NCBI GenBank assembly: GCA_963765625.1
Contig: CAVXXD010000012.1
Location: forward strand, 207,491-271,490
Direction of reading: 5' to 3'
DNA: 64,000 bases
From: an uncultured bacterium
Lineage (GTDB): Bacteria; Actinomycetota; Geothermincolia; Geothermincolales; Geothermincolaceae
Within the stretch, counting starts at the first letter, position 1; each line of letters starts with the position of its first letter. Under the pieces are notes generated by a model. The model worked only from the letters and a program-made list of their open reading frames with translations, was not told where the DNA came from and did not search any database. The position numbers were made by a program, and so were the translations under genes. Below are positions 58,479-64,000 of this stretch, in pieces.

Positions 58479-59984
58479 TTGACGGCGAAATCCCGCATAT
58501 TGTTGGTCGTATCCATTATCCTCCTGCTGGGAGCGGCCTTCGCCCTGGTCTTCCGCTATGTCGAAGTGGAGCACAACAGGGTGCTTTCATACGACGACGT
58601 CACCGGGATGCCGGCGGTAAGCGCGAGCTACCACAGCATCAACAACTGGGCCACGGTGGAGGACACCGATTTCACCGGCGTGCCCCTTTACCAGGTCCTC
58701 GAGAAGGTCGGCGTAACCGATGGGGTGGTTCAGATACAGGTGATCGCGCCCGACGGTTATTTCTGGCCGGCCGTGGACGATACCCTGACTCTGGACGAGT
58801 TGCGCACCCCCAACCAGCAAGGGCTCTATGCCCTGCTGGCATGGGAGATGAACGGAGAGACGCTTCAGCCGGAACCGGACGGCTCCGGGCCCCTGCGGCT
58901 GGTCTTGCCCCAGTATGGCGAGGAGGAAGTCAACAAGCCCTCCTGGGTGTCCAACGTCCGCCTGCTCCTGGTCGGGCCACTCGAAGAGGGTTACCAGGCG
59001 CCCGATGCAGGGGAGGTGCCGGTAGAGGAGGTCCGGATAGGAGGGAATGTCCCGCCCGGGTACCCATACCCGCTCTGGCCGGTGGTCCTGATGGGGATCA
59101 TCGGCCTATTGCTGCTGGGGGAAGTCGCGGCAGACAAGCTCAGAATCCGTCAGATGGGGCCCCAGAAGGTGGCTGTTCTGATCCTTGTGGCCACCGTCTT
59201 TTCCGTATCGTTGGCGATGATGGAGGCGGATCGGGCTGTCGCGGAGAGTCCGCAGGCGGTCTTTTCTCTGGAAGAACTGCGGTCCATGCCCGCCTCCGGC
59301 GGACATTACACCTTCCTGAAATCACAGGAGCCCTTCACCTATTACGAAGAGGATTACGAAGGGGTCTCACTCTCTTACCTGCTCCAGGGAGCCACGCAGC
59401 TGGAGCCCGGCGCCGACGGGGTGGTAGTGAGGTGCACGGACGGCTACAAGGTCAGCCTGAGCCTCTCCCAGGCCGTGCAGGTCTACCCCGGAGGCCTCCA
59501 GGCTATAATCGCTTATTCCAAAAGGGGAGAGTCTTTCAAAGGGGATGAAGGGCCACTCCGCCTCATCGTGCCCCAGGCCAGCCCCGGCGACAAGGCCGGC
59601 GGTGGCGACGCCAACACCCCTTACTGCGCCCGCATGGTCTATGCGGTGGAGGTAACGCCGCTGCCGGCCGGCCTGACACCGCCTTCCGCGGCCAGTGTGC
59701 CGGCAGGGTCACTGGCCGTGTACGGGGCGGTCACCGTGCCGGCGGCACCTGAACAGCCGGCGGTCACACCACCGCTGGAACCGGTAGAGGAAACCACGAC
59801 GCAAGCGAATGTGGAGACCCCCGCCAATAACATCGCCGTGACCCCGGCAGCGACGGAGTTTACCCTCAACGGACTGCCCCCAAGCCTCTCGCGCCTGGTG
59901 CTTGGCGTGACCCTGGCGGGAGGGCCCTACCCGCTTACCATGCAGCTCTGGATAGCCTCCGAAAGTGAACGTGGTCCCTCATGA
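58479..59984 (+). CDS. Membrane-anchored protein with two sulfite-oxidase-fold domains separated by two TM helices
   Basis: Domain 1 has GVPLYQVLE ... LAWEMNGETL ... GPLRLVLPQ ... KPSWVSNVRLL, close to the SUOX/YedY core motif LAYEMNGEPL..GFPLRLVVPG. Domain 2 has GGHYTFLKSQEPFTYYEEDYEGVSLSYLL ... GPLRLIVPQ. The putative Mo-ligand Cys is absent from domain 2. Confidence 0.6.
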   Translation: MTAKSRILLVVSIILLLGAAFALVFRYVEVEHNRVLSYDDVTGMPAVSASYHSINNWATVEDTDFTGVPLYQVLEKVGVTDGVVQIQVIAPDGYFWPAVDDTLTLDELRTPNQQGLYALLAWEMNGETLQPEPDGSGPLRLVLPQYGEEEVNKPSWVSNVRLLLVGPLEEGYQAPDAGEVPVEEVRIGGNVPPGYPYPLWPVVLMGIIGLLLLGEVAADKLRIRQMGPQKVAVLILVATVFSVSLAMMEADRAVAESPQAVFSLEELRSMPASGGHYTFLKSQEPFTYYEEDYEGVSLSYLLQGATQLEPGADGVVVRCTDGYKVSLSLSQAVQVYPGGLQAIIAYSKRGESFKGDEGPLRLIVPQASPGDKAGGGDANTPYCARMVYAVEVTPLPAGLTPPSAASVPAGSLAVYGAVTVPAAPEQPAVTPPLEPVEETTTQANVETPANNIAVTPAATEFTLNGLPPSLSRLVLGVTLAGGPYPLTMQLWIASESERGPS

Positions 59985-60515
59985 GCCTGCGCGGGTGGCT
60001 TACGGCCACGGCCCTGGTCTGCCTTATCGCCGGTTGTGCCTTCGCCGGGGCCGGCTGCGGGGATGAGCAGCAGCCGTCACGCTTCTTGAAGAGCGAGGAA
60101 CGCCTGGAAGGGATGTACGAAGCCTGCAAGACTATCGCCATCAGCGACCCGGCGGGAGAGCGCCCTCCCATCCTCGCGGACGAGCTGGCGGGGTATCCCC
60201 GCGTCGATGTGACCACGGAACTGGTGCGGTCCAACGGCATGCGCCTGCCGGGCACCTGGAGCGGCGCGTCGATCTCGGAGGTCCTGGCGAAGCACGGTGT
60301 GGAAGGACCCTTCACCGAGCTGCGCATCGTTGCCTGGGACGAATACGTGGCCAAGGTACCCTTACGACATCGCCATGCGCCCCGACACCATTCTCGCCTA
60401 CGAGCAGGAAGGAGAACCCCTCCCGCGGGAGGACGGCCCGGTGCGGCTGGTGGTGGGGAGCGAGGACGGCTTCTTCTGGATCCGCATGATCGTCCGGCTG
60501 GAAGTGGTGCGTTGA
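59981..60515 (+). CDS. Lipoprotein with a single sulfite-oxidase-fold domain, frameshift near 60360
   Basis: Lipobox LIAGCAF. RLPGTWSGASISEVLAKHGV is in ORF 59981.., then ILAYEQEGEPLPREDGPVRLVVGSEDGFFWIRMIVRLEV in ORF 60297..60515. Confidence 0.55.
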
Positions 60516-60526
60516 AGCGCCTGTCC

Positions 60527-61363
60527 ATGCGCGCCGCCCTGATCTTCGTCCTGTCGGCCTGCCTGACCCTCGCCGTCCTGTCATCGGGGTGCGGAGGTGG
60601 CATCCCCGAGTCGGAGCGGAGCGAACTGATCCTGGCCACTACCACCAGCATGCTCGACTCCGGTCTGCTCGAGGAGTTGGTCGTCCGCTTCGAAGAAGAG
60701 TATCCCTACCGCGTGAAGGCCATCGCCGTGGGGAGCGGCGCGGCGCTGCTGATGGCCAGGCAGGGTGAAGCGGACGTGACCGTCACTCATGAGCCCAATG
60801 CGGAGAAGGAACTGATGGAAGCAGGGTTCGGGGAGAGCTGGCAGGAAGTGATGTACAACGACTTCATCATCGTCGGGCCCCCGGAAGACCCTGCCGGGAT
60901 CGCGGGCATGACCGAGGCCGCGGAGGCCTTCCGGCGGATCGCTGAAAGTGAAAGCTCCTTCTTTTCCCGCGGTGACGCTTCCGGGACCAACGCCATGGAA
61001 CTGGCCACCTGGAGCCGGGCGGGGATAAACCCGGATGGTGACTGGTATCACGAGAGCGGCCAGGGCATGGGGTACAGCCTCCGGATGGCGGATGACGGGG
61101 GAGCCTACACCCTCTCGGACCGGGCCACCTTCATAGTGCTGGAAAAAGCCCTGCGCATGGAAGTTATGGTGGAAGGCGACCCCGACCTCATCAACCATTA
61201 TTCGGCTATAGTGGTGAACCCCGAGAAGTTCTCCGGGCTGAACCACCAGGGGGCCGTGGACTTCGCCAATTTTCTTTTAGGGGACGAGACCCAGGAGTTC
61301 ATTGCCGGATTCGGCTGGGACCGCTATCACCAGCACCTCTTTTACCCCGTCAGCCCGGAATAA
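60527..61363 (+). CDS. tupA: Tungstate ABC-transporter substrate-binding lipoprotein
   Basis: Lipobox LSSGCGG. The TupA anion-binding signature ATTTSMLDSGL is present, with the remainder PBP-type-2-like. No tupB/tupC is adjacent. Confidence 0.7.
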   Translation: MRAALIFVLSACLTLAVLSSGCGGGIPESERSELILATTTSMLDSGLLEELVVRFEEEYPYRVKAIAVGSGAALLMARQGEADVTVTHEPNAEKELMEAGFGESWQEVMYNDFIIVGPPEDPAGIAGMTEAAEAFRRIAESESSFFSRGDASGTNAMELATWSRAGINPDGDWYHESGQGMGYSLRMADDGGAYTLSDRATFIVLEKALRMEVMVEGDPDLINHYSAIVVNPEKFSGLNHQGAVDFANFLLGDETQEFIAGFGWDRYHQHLFYPVSPE

Positions 61364-61388
61364 TCACGGGAACAACCATTAACGGGCC

Positions 61389-61736
61389 TTACTCGATGAG
61401 CAGCAGGTCTCCCGGCTCCGTCGAGGTCTCGCTCAGCCTGCCGGCTGGTAGCTCCAGGGCCTTCCGGCCCTTCAGGCAAACAGGGCTGATCCGCCCCGGG
61501 CGGAGAGACGGCGCCGTCTTGAGCACTCTTCCCTCACGATCCAGGAAGGCCACGTCGATGGTGTAGCGCATGCCGAAGGTGTGGACGTTGCGGCAGGGTA
61601 CCAGGAGCATGCCGTCGCGTCCCTGCCAGCCTTCGCTTGAGAGCAGGCCGCGCGATCTTGCGCGGGCGGTGTCCGCCACTTCAACGACCTCGCCCAGCAG
61701 GGTATTCTTGCTCCGGTTGCTTATTCTTACGAACAT
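61389..61736 (-). CDS. DUF192 (COG1430) family protein
   Basis: C-terminal 115 aa of ORF 61389..62102 from MFVRISNRS. GMLLVPC..VHTFGMRY.IDVAFLD is the DUF192 core. The upstream extension is a shadow of fdhD. Confidence 0.55.
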   Translation of the reverse strand: MFVRISNRSKNTLLGEVVEVADTARARSRGLLSSEGWQGRDGMLLVPCRNVHTFGMRYTIDVAFLDREGRVLKTAPSLRPGRISPVCLKGRKALELPAGRLSETSTEPGDLLLIE

Positions 61737-61793
61737 GTTGAAAGAATAGACCGGCGCCAGGGGGCGCGCAAGCGTTATGCTATTCTTTATGAA

Positions 61794-62660
61794 GTGCAAG
61801 GGAACGGGACATTGTCGGAGGTGGGCATGTCTACGGTGGATTGGGAGATAAGCAGGATTTACGCGGACGGCGGGCGCGAGACGCTGCTCGACCGGGTGGT
61901 TGTGGAGCAACCCCTGGAGATCAGCGTCAACGGCATGCCCGTGGTGGCCCTGATGCGCCTGCCCGGCAACGACAAGGAACTGGCGGTGGGCTTCTGCATC
62001 ACCGAGAAGATCATCGTCTCCGCCGCCGACATCAAGCTGCTCAGGCACTGCGGTGAACTGGAGAAGAAGGTTGCCGCAGGCGAAAGTGGGGAAGAGGCGC
62101 AATCTCCCTACGACCGGTCCAACCTGGTCGAGCTGGAGGTGGAGAGGGCCTGCGACACCGGCCGGTTCGCCTCCACTTACGTGGTCCGCACCGGCTGTGG
62201 TGGCGCCGACCTCTCAGCCATGCTGGAGGATTATGCCGGCGTCGTCACCTCGGACCTGCGGCTCAAAGGCGAGGCTGTACACGGCCTGGGGGGCAAGCTC
62301 ACCGCTTGCCAGGAGGTCTTCCGGGGAACGGGCGGGACACACGGGGCGGCCGTCTTCACGGCCGCGGGGGAACTGGTCGTGGCCCGGGAAGACGTCGGCC
62401 GCCACAACGCCCTGGACAAGGTGGTGGGGCACTGCGCCATGGCCGGCATCCCCCTCGAGGACAAGGTCCTCTTCATCTCCGGGCGCATCAGTTACGAGAT
62501 GGCCTTGAAAGCCATCCGCTCCGGTTCCCCGGTCCTGGCCTCACTGGCCGCCCCCACCAGCCTGGGGCTGCGTATCGCCGAGGAGGCCGGGCTCACGGTC
62601 ATCGGCTTCTCGGACGGCCGCCGTTTCAATGTCTACACCCATCCCGGCAGGGTGGAGTAA
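61794..62660 (+). CDS. fdhD: Formate dehydrogenase accessory sulfurtransferase FdhD
   Basis: 288 aa. TGCGGADL catalytic-Cys loop and C-terminal GRHNALDKVVGHCAMAGIPLEDKVLFISGRISYEM. Confidence 0.75.
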   Translation: MQGNGTLSEVGMSTVDWEISRIYADGGRETLLDRVVVEQPLEISVNGMPVVALMRLPGNDKELAVGFCITEKIIVSAADIKLLRHCGELEKKVAAGESGEEAQSPYDRSNLVELEVERACDTGRFASTYVVRTGCGGADLSAMLEDYAGVVTSDLRLKGEAVHGLGGKLTACQEVFRGTGGTHGAAVFTAAGELVVAREDVGRHNALDKVVGHCAMAGIPLEDKVLFISGRISYEMALKAIRSGSPVLASLAAPTSLGLRIAEEAGLTVIGFSDGRRFNVYTHPGRVE

Positions 62661-63288
62661 CAGGCATGAAAGACAGGCCGGCCGGAGTTTCCTGCGCCAT
62701 CCTGGCGGGAGGAGAGGGCAGCCGCCTGCGGGCCGAGAAGGCCCTGCTGACCATCGGCGACCAGTTTCTGGCGGAGACCCTCATCGCCAACCTGCGCCCC
62801 CTCTTCGACGACATCATGCTGGTGGCCAGGAGTGAGCATTCCCCCTTGAGGGCCTTGAGCGGCCCCGGGGTGCGGCTGGTGACGGACATAATGTACCGCA
62901 AGGGTCCCCTGGGGGGCATCCACAGCGCCCTTCACTACTCCGAGAAGCCCGTTCTGCTTCGTCATCGCCTGCGACATGCCCTTTCCCGCCCTCACTCTGG
63001 TTGAGCGGATGGTGCAGCTGGCCGAAGGGCATGAGGCCGTGGTGCCCCGCCGCGGTGAATATATCGAGCCGCTCTTCGCCGTCTATGCGCGGAGCCTGGA
63101 GGAGCGGGCCCGGGTTTTCCTGGAGGAGGGGAAGAAGAAGATCCACGACTTCCTGGACGAGGTGGACGTCCTCTACCTGGAATGAGACGGAGATCGAACT
63201 GCTTGACCCGCAAGGCTTCTCCTTCTTCAACATCAACACCCCCGAGGACCTGGCCAGGGCCAGGGAGATATACCTGAACAAGGAATAA
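62657..63288 (+). CDS. mobA: Molybdenum cofactor guanylyltransferase MobA, interrupted by 2 frameshifts (~62960, ~63185)
   Basis: SCAILAGGEGSRL..EKALL N-terminal motif in ORF 62657... Continues in ORF 62976..63185 (VVPRRGEYIEPLFAVY) and ORF 63001..63288. Confidence 0.6.
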
Positions 63289-63304
63289 CCGCCACGTCCT
63301 CAGC

Positions 63305-63333
63305 TTGACACGCTTCTTGTCCGTCATGATAAT
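63305..63333 (+). promoter_or_regulatory. Sigma70-like promoter (TTGACA, 17-nt spacer, GATAAT) driving the second riboswitch-like leader
   Basis: Same -35 hexamer and spacing as the promoter at 55535..55563. Confidence 0.45.
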
Positions 63334-63346
63334 TTTCCTCATGTAT

Positions 63347-63447
63347 TGCAGGTTTTCCGAGCAGCCCCACCTAAGGCCGCGAGGCTAGGGAGAGGTTGCC
63401 GATAGGGTAAGGTTGGAAACGGCCCTGCCTCCCGTGTTTGGAAAGGA
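63347..63447 (+). promoter_or_regulatory. Candidate Moco/Wco riboswitch aptamer, copy 2
   Basis: Same conserved blocks as copy 1, with different intervening sequence. Downstream CUGCUCGG at 63565..63572 can pair with the aptamer 5' block CCGAGCAG. The start codon of a SUOX-domain gene follows at 63617. Confidence 0.5.
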
Positions 63448-63616
63448 AGACCTAAAGCGCTCGCCGGTGAAGGGTATCTCCTCCCTGGAGAAACCTCGAT
63501 CTGCAGGGCTTGGTTTTCTTGCAGACATGCGGCGGCCCCCTTTTCCAACTTCCGAATAACGGCTCTGCTCGGAGCGGATTTCGTCTACTGATGGAAAGCG
63601 AGGAGGTAAGGGGTAT

Positions 63617-64000
63617 GAGAAAGGCACTGACGTTCCTGCTGCTGCTGGTACTGTGCCTGGGCACCATGGTCACCATGGCGGTGACGCCGGTCTCGGGGCC
63701 CGGCGCGGCCGTGGCGGCCACCGGCGAGTCACAGCCGCACTTTTTCCTATAACTACTTGAAGTCGCTACCCGAGACCCACGGGCACTACGGCTTGCAGAA
63801 CAGCGGCACCACCTACTACGAGCAGGACTGGTTGGGAGTCGACCTGCAGTACCTCCTGGATACGGAGGTTGGCCTCGCCGCGGGCACGACCGGCGTCAAG
63901 GTGCAGGCCTACGATTTCGCGAACGGTACGAGCATGACCCTGGACCAGTGCAACGGCAACAGCAGCGACAAGGGCCTGAAGACCCTTCTTGCTTACAAGA
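63617..64000 (+). CDS. Secreted sulfite-oxidase-fold domain protein, 5' part (runs off the window); frameshift near 63750
   Basis: Signal peptide MRKALTFLLLLVLCLGTMV, then in the next frame HGHYGLQNSGTTYYEQDWLGVDLQYLLDTEVGLAAGTTGVKVQAYD, homologous to the domains in 55828..61363. Confidence 0.55.

Noticed and set aside
61737-62102. N-terminal extension of the DUF192 ORF (61389..62102)
   Set aside because: It overlaps the fdhD coding sequence on the opposite strand and lacks domain signal. DUF192 homology starts at the internal Met at 61736.
1-64000. CRISPR arrays, tRNA or rRNA genes, insertion sequences, integrases, prophage structural genes
   Set aside because: I scanned for short regularly spaced direct repeats, tRNA-like cloverleaf regions and transposase or integrase motifs and found none. 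The only repeats are the REP-like palindromes, the 27-bp inverted repeat and intragenic protein-repeat DNA.

Overview
High-GC (~65%) bacterial chromosomal segment, probably Actinomycetota- or Chloroflexota-like, with about 50 protein-coding genes on both strands. No rRNA, tRNA, CRISPR array, transposase or prophage gene was seen. Housekeeping genes include cysK, a fadB/fadA beta-oxidation pair, meaB, ychF, plsC, an MFS exporter, an ABC-2 transporter pair, a mazEF toxin-antitoxin pair, a tandem Usp, a HAD-GH65 fusion and two GH25 lysozymes. Three features stand out. (1) Three very large secreted proteins at 140..3127, 24749..27153 and 55828..58331 share an unnamed ~105-aa tandem-repeat module, 13 copies in all. 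Each has a different N-terminal head: a papain-like C1 peptidase with IPT/TIG domains, a beta-propeller, or sulfite-oxidase-fold (SUOX) molybdopterin-domain-like units. A tandem chagasin-type (I42) cysteine-protease inhibitor lipoprotein lies at 21146..22123. (2) A Mo/W-cofactor locus at 55304..64000 contains a Mop protein, two ~100-nt Moco/Wco-riboswitch-like leaders each behind a TTGACA promoter, operons of secreted SUOX-fold proteins, a TupA tungstate-binding lipoprotein with the TTTS motif, and fdhD and mobA. A histidine kinase, a REC-GGDEF protein and a REC-LytTR regulator sit directly upstream. (3) There is a family of REP-like palindromes with core GGGGTCAGACCCC, plus a 27-bp perfect inverted repeat that exactly fills the gap between meaB and ychF. 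About 20 genes need +/-1 frameshifts to restore full-length homolog-like proteins, mostly at homopolymers. This looks like an unpolished long-read assembly rather than genome decay, so the coordinates of interrupted genes are approximate.
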